Shown here: positions 1 through 12,100 of the stretch, piece by piece | How positions within the stretch are numbered: position 1 is the stretch's first letter | Layout: every line of letters starts with the position of its first letter | NCBI GenBank assembly: GCA_965153455.1 | Contig: OZ234494.1 | Coordinates: 124,001-188,000 of the forward strand | Origin: Sphagnum compactum | Lineage: Eukaryota | Length of the DNA: 64,000 nucleotides | Direction of reading: 5' to 3' | Translations under genes and position numbers: made by a program | The notes under the pieces: model-generated | What the model was told of the DNA's origin: nothing | The model's database searches: none | The model's input: the letters and a program-made list of their open reading frames with translations, nothing else

Positions 1-1042
1 ACAACGGGAACATCAGATTTGTTCCTCGTACGAAGATCATCAGGTGCTAATGAATGGACGGTGCTTCCAGTTCCTTCGCCCCCATGTTTTTTCCACCTTC
101 CGGATAAACCAGTGTAGATATGTATCTCCCATCAGAAGCGACGAGATCATGTTAGGACAGAGGTTCATGCTAAAAGAAACAAAAAGACCATGTGTCTACT
201 GACAGATTGTAAGTTTCGGTGTCTCTGGACTCCAAAGGAGCTGCAGTCTCTTTGAAAAGAGGTCTTTTTAAAGCCATCCGCAAGGCCAATTTAGTTGCTT
301 GCAGGGTAACTACCACGAGCCTGTCAGGTTGCGGGTTTAAGGCAAAACAGCAATTATGCACGAGTTATATAATACCACTAGACTGAACTATAACATAATG
401 TTATTCTATTCAAGAAGAGGGTACAAGAAACACCTTGTTGGGAGGAAAGAGCGATTGATGGAGAAGCCAGAGGGTGTCAAGGGAGATGGGAATTACCAGT
501 GACAATAAGTCTTATCATTCAAGGGAGATGGAGTTCTGTCTCCTGGATTGCCTTGTCCTGGGTACGGTGAACGTGACAGCAGAGGTGGATTTGACGGAAT
601 TGGTGTTGAAGGTTCCTTTGTTGACCGCGCGTGGGCACTCTCCCTTGTGTATTTTGGGTGCACAGAAATAGTTCTCACTGACACCACCGGACTTTGACCT
701 GAGGGAACTCCCCTACTTCTCAAGATTCTCGAATTAGGCTCCTTGCATACTTAATGCCACTTGGTTAATGGAAATCAAAGTGTATTCGGTGGGTAACCCT
801 CGATGGTGGAATTCACGTCCACAACTGATTGACATTCCAATAAAGATCGGAGGCTCCAAAGACTTAATATTGGATCTGAATTTATTCTCTTCATGGTGTA
901 CCCGCCTGTTAGCATCTGACACCTCCTAATTGTCTTCAGAATATTGTTGAGGTTGCCAAAGTGAGCATTGAACCAGGTCCTGGGAGGATGTAACAAATTC
1001 CAAAGGACACTTGGCGAGTTTATTGCATTTCACTGGGTGCAG

Positions 1043-1247
1043 TTCACTGTATGGAGCACCAATATTGGCCGCAGATTTGGGAGTAGGAGCTGCTCTAGTC
1101 CTTGCCGGTATGGCAGCCGAGGGGACCGCACACATCGAAGGAGTCAGTCATGTTGACCGGGGCTACGAGAAATCGGATCACCAGTTGCATCTTCTCGGTG
1201 CATCAATTCAGAGATTGCCTTGCCTACCATTTGACCCGACGACGTAG
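1043..1247 (+). pseudogene. murA: Terminal exon of UDP-N-acetylglucosamine enolpyruvyl transferase (plastid peptidoglycan MurA), orphan/degenerate
   Basis: After acceptor TGCAG (AG at 1041-1042) it reads SLYGAPILAADLGVGAALVLAGMAAEGTAHIEGVSHVDRGYEK..LGASIQR*, matching the MurA C-terminus (DLRxGAALVLAG...HIDRGYE). The conserved DLR is DLG here, and no upstream MurA exons are recognisable in 1-1040. Confidence 0.8.
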
Positions 1248-2208
1248 TACTCTCACCTTGAATGAGAACTTTGATTCGTTGCTGGCTCTTTCCCACCTTG
1301 GTGAAATGTGAATGTTTATGTGAGTCACTCCCTCGAACGTCCAATTTCAATAGAAAATGACATGTTGAAGTCAACTTCAACCTTTTTGAATCAATAGGCT
1401 CCTTCAAGGAACGCACCTCAGACAATACTGCTGCCGGTCGTGAAGCCAGCTCATCTTTTTGCTGTACGGTCTACTAATTCTTCGAGAATTCTGTGAGGCT
1501 ATCCTATCACAAGTCAAAATTGAAGTTGCATGAGCATTCGTGATCACAACACGGTTGTGACATTCTGCGTAGTTAAGAATAACATAACCAGTAACGCCCT
1601 TTACAGTGCCAGTTATTCTGGTAACACTAACCAGCTTTTTTGAACAGTCAAGTTTGGAGTGTAAATAGAACCTTAAGGTATCGATCTGTAATAAATTGAG
1701 GCGAAGTAGAAGTTTAGCAAACTAGGAGATTGCAAGATATGAGAAAACTCTCGGAATGGAGTCACTGAAGCATCTTCAATTTACTAAGAAAGCTCCAGGT
1801 ACAAAGTGGATGAAGAAGCTGATACAGTTATGTAGTTTGCATTTCCTGGTACATGAAAGCAAAGTAGAGGGTGCATGCTCTGTGGTGAAAAAAATGTGTC
1901 TGTAATTCAAGTGCAATCCACTATTTTTCAGTCCTGCTGCTGCAGCATCGTCGGTGACCATTCCCAAAAGAATCTAGCATCAATTGGCGACAACTGTACA
2001 AATTGTAGATTTTAGGGAGGCAACCTTCTATATTTCTGGTGAATGTTTTCAAATTTCTTTTGAAAAATGGCCAAAAGAACCTCAGGAGAGAATCCACACG
2101 ATTTGTATAACATCATTGTTAAGAAAAAGATGATCTTTGAATACACGACTTGAGTGGTGAGCTGATTCCTCTGTCAATCGGAAGGTTCTTAGGCCGGTCG
2201 TCAGCTTT

Positions 2209-2328
2209 TTACTCATCAAGGTCTGAGACATTAGGTATGTACAATAATTGAATGTCAAATATTACTGGAGTACTGGGTGCTACTCTTGGTCTTCCAGCTG
2301 CAGCACCGAGTCCTTTTGGAAATGCTAG
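2209..2328 (-). pseudogene. FKBP16-3: Terminal exon of thylakoid FKBP-type PPIase (FKBP16-3-like), orphan
   Basis: After minus-strand acceptor GGCAG it reads LAFPKGLGAAAGRPRVAPSTPVIFDIQLLYIPNVSDLDE*, matching the plant FKBP16-3 C-terminus (LAFPKGL.SAPGRPRVAPNSPVIFDV.L..IP). Sequence ~110 bp upstream switches to TE-derived DNA. Confidence 0.8.
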
Positions 2329-2591
2329 CTGCCATATCAACAATGATCTCGTCATCAGTGCAGAACCAACAGATATCCACATATCGTAATCCAATTCCCC
2401 TCGATTTTCAATCCGGCATTCAGAGAAGCTCTCCATGCTGTCGCAACCCCACCTAATTTACAGTCTCCAATGGTTGAACGCTCGTTGACTTCGCGCTGGT
2501 GCGCACGAAAAAAGATGTCGACAACAACCGAAGGAGGCACGAACAATATGCCCGAAGGAGACTACCAATCGTTGGATTTACGATTACAATC

Positions 2592-3250
2592 CTAAACTCG
2601 TCTTCTACATCTATGGTCCCGCTCCAGCATTCGGATGCATGCATCCGCCAACCGTGTGAAGTTGGTAACGGACCGGTCAAAGGCGTTCAGTCCCATCCAT
2701 CGAGCCAACTCTTAGTTGCGAATGATGTTCATCAATTTCGGCATGGCCTTGCGCACGTCCGATGGGTTGCGACGCCAAACGGCCCAAAGAAGAATTCGGT
2801 ATCGTTCGCCTCGGATCTGACCCGGGCAATCGACACCGTACCTTCCTTCGTGCAACGGGACGTTGCCCAACGCCTGCCCGTTGTGCGAAAGGTGGCACTT
2901 GGGACAAACGTCGGGTGACCGGGGAATGGAATTACGACAATCCGACCTAGGATGCGATCCCAGACATTTGAAGCATCAACGACCGTCTAGCAACAACGGA
3001 CAATTTTGGCTGGGGTGACGCACGTTTCCATCACCGCCGTAAACTTAACACAGGAGACAATCGGGTTTTTCGGGAGCAGCGAATCGACGAAAATTCGTCA
3101 GGGCTGCGCGATCCTCGTTCACGAAAGAGGTGAGCGCCGTGCCATGCGCACTGAACATCGGCAACGGCGGGGGGGGTTGCTGGGACACCGCTCGCGATTG
3201 CCGCAGACAGTTGTCGCAAGGTTGTGCGGCGGGAATCAGGCTGCACCTGT
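2592..3250 (-). pseudogene. 3' end of a RecQ/telomere-linked-helicase-like gene (RecQ Zn motif plus Cys-rich tail)
   Basis: Manual minus-strand translation gives CSLIPAAQPCDNCLRQ...KPDCLLC*...HPSQNCP...*CFKCLGSHPRSDC...VCPKCHL..., with in-frame stops. Its GC-rich composition resembles 15282-17920. Confidence 0.6.
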
Positions 3251-3372
3251 TTTTTCATTGTGGAGTGGCTAGGGACAGGGGGGAACATGAAAGGGTTTTT
3301 TTTTTTTAATATGTTGAAGGGGGATGGGAGGGAGTTTTTTTTCTATGTTGAAAAGGGATGAGAGGGGTTTTT
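3250..3372 (-). repeat. Dispersed repeat, inverted copy of ~34200-34320
   Basis: Reverse complement (cccctctcatcccttttcaacatagaaaa...ctccctcccatcccccttcaacata...tgtccctagccactccacaatgaaaaaac) is nearly identical to 34200-34318. Confidence 0.85.
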
Positions 3373-4440
3373 TGAAGGTGGACATGTCCTGACCGCCAAT
3401 TGGCGCGTACAGACCTTGATCAGGATCGATCTAAAGGTCTGTAATGCCATACGACAGGTCAGGAGGTGTCCACCCACAAGAAATAAAAAACATCCATAGC
3501 TTTGAATAGAAGGAAGATGCCCTGGAAGTAAAAGAAATTTATAAGTACCAAGGTCAGTTGTGAACAACGATAAATTTTCCAACCTTGATATATGGTTAGA
3601 AAATTTGCCAAAAATATGGGGAAGATAGCAAGAAAAGATTTCGGAGTAGATATCTTTCATAAGCGCTGAGACTTTCTCCATACTACGACTTCAGTCAATC
3701 TGAATAGAATTGAGACAAACATTGACAAGTTGTCTCTGTCAGCATAGTGAAAATTTGAACTTCACATAGTCCAGCCACCAGGTGACAACTGAAAGAGAAA
3801 CATGGAACAAGAAAAGAAAAACCAGTTAACAATTCAGCACACAGAGCTTGCTAAGGTCAAGAAAGAACAATCTGATCATAGATGAGATTATGGAGCCCCA
3901 CACAATTTTCTGCAATTTCAAGTGTCCAACATCATTGTCCACAATATCTATTGCTTACACTTAGTAGATGCACTAAGGAATATACTATCCATATAAAACT
4001 TCAGCTCGGTGAATTGCCTTCTACCAACTCCACACGATAACATCCCTGTCATGAGCAACGGCAAGAATACATTTTTGATCTGCCCTTGAGGAACAAGGTG
4101 GGGGTACATTTGCAAAGAACCAGGTGGTGCTCGGAAGATGGCACTACCGGGCACCAACCTGATTTATGGAAGAACTGGTAAAAGACCCGCACATGAGATA
4201 ATAACATGCGATGGACCTGAGACATAAGACATCTGAAGGAGAAAAAAACCGTAGGTTGCCATAAAAAAGAAACAAGGAATGGAGATAAATCTAAGAAGTT
4301 TACGACCGAACCTTAAACCTTTTTAAATTTTACCCTTCCTGGTTTTTTCACAATCAGTGTTTTTGTTTATAAAACAAGAAAGTTTAGGAGCCCCCCCCAC
4401 CTTCCCCCCTTAACAAACTTGGGGTCCTTCCCTTCTTCCT

Positions 4441-4570
4441 GTTGGTCCATTGGCCTCTTTGCAATTCAACGCCTCTCTCAACTGCAGACTCTGTGGTAGT
4501 TGAGGGTTGGTCCATTGGCCTCTTTGCAATTCAACACTTCTCTCAACTGCAGACTCTGTGGTAGCTGAGG
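4441..4570 (+). repeat. 65-bp direct tandem duplication (LINE 5' region)
   Basis: gttggtccattggcctctttgcaattcaac...ctgcagactctgtggtag(t/c)tgagg at 4441-4505 and 4506-4570. Confidence 0.9.
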
Positions 4571-5119
4571 GCCGCAAAGGCGATGGGAGCTCTCTGCCTG
4601 GACACGTATCAGAGAGAACCATGATCCTGTTGTTCGATTGCTACTTTTCTTAGTCAATTCTTAAGCGCTTCCACATTCTAATGATGGAAATCTGCTCTGT
4701 TACTGCAGATCCTCAAACCACGAGGCTCGATGAATTCGTTCAGGTCTCCCGAAGGATAAGGAAAGCGGGGCGTGGCGCTCACGCTTCCTCCCCAACGGAC
4801 AGAAAGTGCTCATCAACTACCAACGGCTCTTTGGATTTTGCATCGCCCGAGCTCGGTGCAACTTCAACCAAGCTGATTGCCTCTACTCTGGGAGAGGAGA
4901 TCGGCAAGGAGGGAGGAAATGCAGGCTTGAACCAGGCGACTCCGATCGCCTCCCAAGATCGTTCAAAAGTCCAGTAGCAAGGAAAGGAGGCGAAAGCTCT
5001 TCAACCCAGGAGCTATGGCGGACCTCAAGGAGAAGCTCCTCAATGGTCATCAACGCTCATCGCTCCGTTGGACGTCGCGTCGAAGCCTCGGGAGAGCAAG
5101 ATCGAAGGTGCGGGTGGAT

Positions 5120-6123
5120 TGACGCACTCCCAAGTTCCTAGTGGACCCACTTGAGGGTCCAAGTATGTGGCAATGCGGAAGGAGTTGGAACTTGGAGCAC
5201 GCTCCCGACTTCTAGCACTAGAGGGGGGTGAGAGGGGTGTGCTAGAAGTCCCGGGATAGACTAGGAAGAATTGATAAGCTTATTCATTCACACGGGCCTG
5301 CACACAACCCACACAAAGTGGTTAGTGCATAGTTGGAGCACCTTTGGTGCTAGGACGAGCCACGGGCAACACGGACACAGAAGACTCACCACGGCCCGGA
5401 CTTGGGGGAAGCCACCACCTTCCCCCTTATAGTATACTCTGCAGCTCTCCACGGAGGCTACATCCAAATGGCTATTTTTCCCGGGACTCCCGAGTGGGAG
5501 TCCCGAAATCGCGCCAAATGGGACTCCCGCGACTTTGGAGCCCCATAACTTTGCGAGCAGACCTCGGATCGCGATGCAATCTAAAGCAAAGTTGTAGATC
5601 TCGTCGAGACCTTTCCAACGGTATGTCGCACGTCCTCTGCAGCCCAGTATTTCGGGTCGATTCCCGACTTTTAGTGGTCGGGAGTCAAACTGGCAGTTCG
5701 ACTCTCGACCCTTCTTTTGGCCATAACTTGTGTTTCAGAGATCCAAATGAGCAATGCGAGCCCATTTTAGATATCTACGTTTCAAGAGCTTTTCAATGAT
5801 ATAAAGAACGCCACAAGACGTTGAGGTTGTACCCCTGCAATTGCTCTCTGAAGTTTTGGGAGTCCACCGGGACTCCATCTCTTCAAGTGGGAGTTGCCTT
5901 GGGAGTGTGAGAGTTCACTCCCTCATACTCCCTCACACTTTCTAACACTCCCGGGAGTATGTGATGTGACTCCCGGGCTTCCTCTTGCCTTAACTCCCGG
6001 GCTTCCTCTTGGCCCGCATTCTTGCAATGCCTTTGCCTTGACTCCCGGGTTTCTTTCCTTTTTGGCCCGCAACCTTGCAACCCCCTTAGCCTTGGTCGCG
6101 AGCCCAAAGCTAGGGTTGCGACA
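5120..6123 (-). mobile_element. Solo LTR (related family) inserted in LINE ORF1
   Basis: Minus-strand termini TGTCGCAACCC...GAGTGCGTCA. Flanks TGGAT (5115-5119) and CGGAT (6124-6128) form a 5-bp TSD with one transition. Shares blocks with the 8322-9141 LTR. Confidence 0.9.
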
Positions 6124-8321
6124 CGGATCGTACACCCATCAGTACCTCGAAAAGGAGATTCTTCCCATCCCCGCAAGTCAGAAGTTCATTCTGTATCTGT
6201 TGGTCATGGAAGAAGCTCGGAGGGCTTGGACATCGCCGCTGCCAGGCAATCGAAGAGGATCGACCTCTCTGAGGCCAGGGCAAAGGCGCCAAGAATGAGG
6301 AACTCGTTGCGAAAGAATGTGACAAGCTCAGTGAACGCCCCCTCGCCCCATTCTCTGATCGTGCAACCAGGCAACGGGACAAGTGCCGCTTCCCCCGAAG
6401 AGGAAGCGGCCCAAGGCCCATCGCCAATAGATTATAGCATGGAAATAGAGGCAGATTTTCCAACAGACTTAGTGGTAGAGATGTAAGAAAGCGCGACGAA
6501 GAAAGCCAGAAGAACTATTATCGGTAGAACGCTTGGAGGCAGAGCAACATTCAAAGCACTGCTCGACTGCCTCAAGCTCCATCTCCCGGCCCCTTTCAAC
6601 TCAGTATCCCACGTCACAAGAGGATACTTCGAAATACTATTCGAGAACGAGGAAGGGGCCAAGGCCACCAGAAGACTGGCAGCAGTCGAATGGAGCGGCC
6701 TGGGCCTCTCCTTCTCTCGCTACATCCCAAATTTCGACTCAAGCTCGCAGGGGGCAGAAGCCCAACTCACACACGCGATCAAGGTCCGATTCCCTGATCT
6801 GCACGAGCAGTTCAGGAACACAAGGGCCCTGACGATCATGGCGAGTAAAATCCGGGAAGTCCTGGAAATAGAAGCTGAAGACTCCTACATCAAAAGGCCA
6901 GCGAGGCCCATGATCACCATCGAGCTCACGGATATCTCCAAGCTACCCGGATTCATTCGAATTCCGTCCATGGCGGAAGGATCAAAGCCCAGTGACACTG
7001 TGGCACAAAGACTCTTGTATTCCGGCCTGCCAAACCAGTGCAGAAAGTGTAGGAGGTTCGGCCATCATGCACGGGCCTGCACGATCAATAGGAGCAAACC
7101 GTGGGAGGGGGCGCCAGCATATCCGCCCACAAACTCTAGGAGATCAGAAGGAAAGGAGCCAGGGGGGAGAGGAATTCCCCAGCCGAACCAAGCCCAGGCC
7201 AGCAAACGACTCCAAACCCAGGGGAGGAGGAATCAAGAGCAAACCAAGGTGACTCAGAACCAAAAGGAAGATAGCAAACACGCGGATCACCCTGCTCAGA
7301 GAAACATCACCAATACCTCCGCAATTCCGCCCAACGCAGAGGCAGCAACACGGAATCGATGCCCAAAGGCCACTTCAGGGACATCGGAATCCGATCAAGA
7401 AATGAAGGAAGCTTCTGAGCTGTCAGCCCAGCCCGACAGCGAAGCCAAGACCTGTGTGGAACTCCTAGAAGAAGGGCGACAAAAATTGGACGCCATTCGG
7501 AATTACACACCAAATTTTGGAATTCAGGAACCGGCCAGCTCTCCGGCCCCGGACCCAGCCGCTCAGTCCAACCCTTTCGCTATTCTAGGAGATGACAACA
7601 GAGGAGCCGAGTCTCTAATGGAAACGCAGGAGGATTTGAAAGAGGGCTGGTCCTTCCAAGGTCGCAAGAGATTCGACCCGAAACAGACCCCACCTCGGCC
7701 AAGTATGCAACACCATTCTCCAACCCACGTCCCAACACAGGACTACACGCCAGGAAGCAGAAGGAAGAGAACCCGCTCAGAGGTTCACAACTCCTTCTTT
7801 ACCTCGCTGGGCATCCCGGTCCCCCCGGGACAAGAACACGCCAGGGCAAGAGTCTGGCCGGTCCTATCCAGGGAGAGGGATAACTAGAAGGAGATTCTGG
7901 TCAACGTAAAAAGCAACGACCCGCCAAACCTCGCACTCCACATCAGATACATGAGTGCACCTGAAGAGAAATGGACTCCGGCGTCCGCCCTCGAGGACCT
8001 ATCCAGGAACGTCGAGACTGAGCTCGAGGGAAAGATTCTCAGATTCAGTCTAAGCCTCAAGGGGCGCCTCGCCCTGGAATGGAGCTAGCAAGAAGACCAT
8101 GCCAAGGGAGGCTGGGAATGCACGATCCTAGCCCACATCAGCACTGGCCTCAGTGGCATCAGTGCACAAAAAAGAAAGAACCTCCACTGGAGGACGCTTG
8201 AATCTATGCCGAGCATGAACAATGATGTGGTCTTCACAGGCCCGGCACACAGCCTTCTGCTGAAGACTGGTCCCGCATGCATGGATCGTCAAATGCGCAA
8301 AAGCGTGTCCGCCAGTTTACT

Positions 8322-9141
8322 TGTCGCAACCCCACTTTGTCCAAGTGTGAGGGTGAAGCCCAACACTTGGAAAAGTGGGAGGTTTGGAGTCCTCCGGGAC
8401 TCCCGAATGTTCAGAGCTCGACAGCAAGGGGCAAAACACCTCGCATTGGAGTGTTCTTGGTGTCATTGAAAAGGTCTTGAAACGTAGATATCGAAAATGG
8501 CCTCGCATTGGCCATTTGGACATCTGCAGCCCAAGTTATGGGCAAAAGAAGGGCCGGGAGTCAAACTGGCAGTTTGACTCTCGACCACTAAAAGTCGGGA
8601 ATCGACCCTTTGCCGACGTCGCCTCAGGGAGTGCGACATGGCGTTGGAAAGATCTTGACGAGGGCTACAACTTTGGTTCAGACCTCGTTGCGATTGGACT
8701 TCGGAATCGGGAGTTATGACCGTTCAAAGTCCCGGGAATCCCGCCGGGACAATTTCGGGACTCCATTTTGGGAGTCCCAACAAAATGTGCCATTTGGATG
8801 TAGCCTCCGTGGTGAGCCGCAGAGATAACTATAAGGGGGAAGGTGGTGGCTTCCCCCAAGTCCGGGCCGTGGTGAGTCAAGTAGTCCGAAGTGCCCGTGG
8901 CTTGTCCCAACACCCAAGGGTGTTCCCGAATGTGAACTAACCCATTTGTGGTTGGTTTTGGATGCAGATTTGTGCGTGATCTACTAGTCCATCTTCCTAG
9001 TCTAATCCCAGGGCTTCCAACTCGACCCTCTACCCCTTTCTAGAGTTGGAAGTCGGGAGCGTGCCATTGGGTCCCCACTTTCCGCAACTTCACATTGGTG
9101 AACCCTCAAGTGGGTTCACCCCGGGACCAAGGAGCGCGTCA
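8322..9141 (+). repeat. 5' LTR
   Basis: TGTCGCAACCCCAC...GGAGCGCGTCA. About 21 substitutions versus 14462-15281 by manual count. Confidence 0.95.
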
Positions 9142-9143
9142 CG

Positions 9144-9155
9144 TGGTATCAGAGC
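9144..9155 (+). promoter_or_regulatory. Primer binding site complementary to tRNA-iMet
   Basis: TGGTATCAGAGC, 2 nt after the 5' LTR. Confidence 0.95.
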
Positions 9156-9184
9156 TCAAGGTGAAGCTCAACGACATTTTTGGG

Positions 9185-12100
9185 ATGGCACCCAAGAAGA
9201 ACCGGAAGCTAGCCCCAGAGCCTAGGTCCGAGGAGCCTGTCGATGACCTAGTAGCCCCGCCCGAATCGATTGGGGAGGAACCAAACTTCCGGGAGGACCA
9301 AGATGAGCCTGAGGTTGAACCCGAGAGTGAGGAAGAACAACGGAGCTCGGTCCTATTCACCCCAGAGCAACTTGAAGTCCTCCTCAAGATGAATAGGCCC
9401 GACTTTGGTGAGTTGGTGGCGGCCCTCAAAACGGGGGCCTCCAAAGGTGAAAGGTTTCAACCGGCCAAGCCCGGGAATTTCGATGGTGCCCGAGACCGTA
9501 AGGTGGTGGATGCTTGGCTTGCGGAAATGGATGATTATATCCATGCCACCAAGGTTGGACGGAATTCCGCCGTGGAGCTTGCCCAATCCTACTTGAAAGG
9601 CTATGCCGCCACATGGTGGCGGACGGTGAGACAAGAGGAGGGCAAGAACCATGGCTATATGTGGGAGTTTTTCAAGGATCGCATTGAGGCGGAGTTCATT
9701 CCGAGAAATTCCGATTACATTTCTAGGTGCAAACTCCGCGACCTTGTGAATGCCACAAATGAAAATTTGAGGCAATATGTGAGAGCCTATTCCGAACTCA
9801 TGTTGGAGATCCGGCACATGCACGAGTTGGATCGTGTGTGTCAATTCGTGATGGGACTTCCGACTTGGGCCAAGCGAAAGCTTGAGGAGAGTTGGCCTGC
9901 CTCATTATCCGAGGCCATCACGAAAGTGGAGAACTTCTCGGATGTGGGGCGGAGCGACAAATCCGGGTTCAAGAAGGACAACAAGTTCCTTCACAAAAAG
10001 CCGAGGCACGAGGGGGAATGGAACCGGGGACAAGGTAGCCCAACCAAGGATAAGCCAAAACAATTCCAAGGCTCGGGGTTCAAGCCAAAAGGTAGCTTCG
10101 TGAAAAAAGGGGCTCCTTTCAAAGGGAGCCAAACCAAGGGAGACTTTGGAGCAAAGCCCAAGGGTGCATGTTTCAATTGCAACGAGGTGGGGCATTACTC
10201 CAAAGATTGTCCCAAATCCAAAACGAGGGTTGGGAGCTCTAAGGTACTTGCTCTCAATGCCACTTTAGCCCAACCGGAATGCAATCGACTTATATTCTTG
10301 AAAGGGAAGATTGCTAAACGAGAAATCTTATGTCTTTTGGACACAGGGGCCTCCCACAACTTCATAACTCGGGAGGGCGCCGAAAGGATGGAGCTCCACT
10401 TGGAGGAGCTCAAGGCACCCATTGAGGTGCATTTCGCGGATGGGGTTCCCCATCCAACTACACTACAAGCAAAGGGAGTGCCTCTCCAATTGGGAAATTG
10501 GAGAGGAAAGGTGGATTTGTTGGTTTCCACCTTGGGTGGAATGGATTGCGTTCTCGGAATGGAGTTCATCACCCAAAACAATGTGCTCATAGACGGGCAC
10601 AATAGGTTGGTTAGAATCCCATCTAAAAGTGGGATTGTGCGAGTTAAGGCACATGAGTTGCCTTGTGTGGGTGGTTCAACCATCCACTTCATGTTAGGAA
10701 AAGCTTGGGAAAGAGAATGCGTGGGGGGTTTCGGCATGATGTGTGTCATGCGGGTGTTGGACGAATATGAGCCCAAGGAAGCCACCAAGTTGGTGACTTC
10801 CGCCAAGTGCATAAAGCAAGTCTTACAAGAGTTCCCGGATGTGATGCCCGAAGAGTTGCCCGAAGACTTGCCCCCGAGAAGACGCGTTGATCATGCGATT
10901 GAAGTGATACCGGGAGTGGAACCGCCCGCCAAGGCCCCATATAGAATGAGCCACGAGGAGTTGAAGGAACTCAAGGTTCAACTTGAGGAACTCCTCGCGA
11001 AAGGTTACATCAAACCAAGCAAGTCACCATATGGGGCACCCGTCCTTTTTGTTCACAAGAAGGATGGGACTTTGAGGATGTGTGTGGATTATAGAGCACT
11101 CAATAAGGCAACGGTGAAAAACCGTTATCCTTTACCTCGCATCGATGATCTATTTGACCGTCTCTCGGGAGCCAAGGTTTTTAGTAGAATTGATCTACGT
11201 TCGGGATATTACCAAATAAGGATCGCGGAAGGGGACGAAGAAAAGACCGCTTGTCGCACAAGGTATGGGTCATACGAGTTCTTGGTGATGCCCTTTGGGC
11301 TCACCAATGCACCCGCAACATTTTGCACCCTCATGAATGACATTTTCCGCGAATGGCTTGATGATTTTGTGGTCGTCTACATAGACGACATTTGGATTTA
11401 TAGTAGCTCCATGGAGGAGCATGCGGAGCACCTTCGCAAGGTGTTCCAAAGGCTAAGGGAAAATAAGTTGTATGCCAAGCTCGAGAAATGCGAATTTGGG
11501 GTGACGGAAGTGGATTTCCTTGGGCATAGGATAACTCAAGATGGTTTGATGATGGATGATCACAAGGTCAAGGCGATTTTGGATTGGGAGCCGCCTAACT
11601 CGGTTCCCGCCTTGAGATCCTTTTTAGGATTGGCCTCCTATTATCGCAAGTTCATAAAGAACTTTGCGAGAATAGCGGCCCCTTTGACAAACCTCTTGAA
11701 GAAGTCCGCCGTCACTTATGATTGGGATGAAGCATGCGACGAAGCCTTTGGAACGTTGAAGGGCATTTTGGTGAAGGCGCCGGTGTTGAAGTTGCCCGAC
11801 TTTGACAAGGAATTTGAAATCCATTCCGACGCCTCCGACTTTGCAATTGGGGGTGTCATAGTGCAAGATGGAAGACCGGTGGCCTTTGAAAGCAAGAAGT
11901 TGAGTGAGATGGAGCGAAGGTGGCCAACTCACGAGAAGGAAATGTGGGCGGTCATACATTGTCTCAAGACTTGGGGCCATTACATAGGCTCCAAAGATGT
12001 GGTGGTGTGGACCGATAATGTGACCTTGAAGTACTTCGCAACTCAACCCAAGTTGTCATCAAAACAACAAAGGTGGCAAGACACATTGGCCTTGTTCAAT

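Larger units (their letters stand above)
4400..8321 (+). mobile_element. L1-type LINE: 5' region and ORF1, degenerate, truncated by the LTR element
   Basis: ORF1 pieces 4681-5119 and 6124-8321 contain a DUF4283/RRM-like region (IIGRTLGG..GYFEILFENEEGA..LSFSRYIPNF) and a zinc knuckle CRKCRRFGHHARAC. In-frame stops occur at ~4975, 6484, 7885 and 8085. Homologous to ORF1 at 40649-42041 (SFFTSLGIP..RARVWPVL). The 5' boundary is approximate. Confidence 0.85.

Noticed and set aside
8375-8940. Recurrent ORFs in LTRs (also 5344-5799, 14524-15117, 42243-42799)
   Set aside because: They lie wholly inside LTR copies, have no recognisable domain, and their stops vary between copies.
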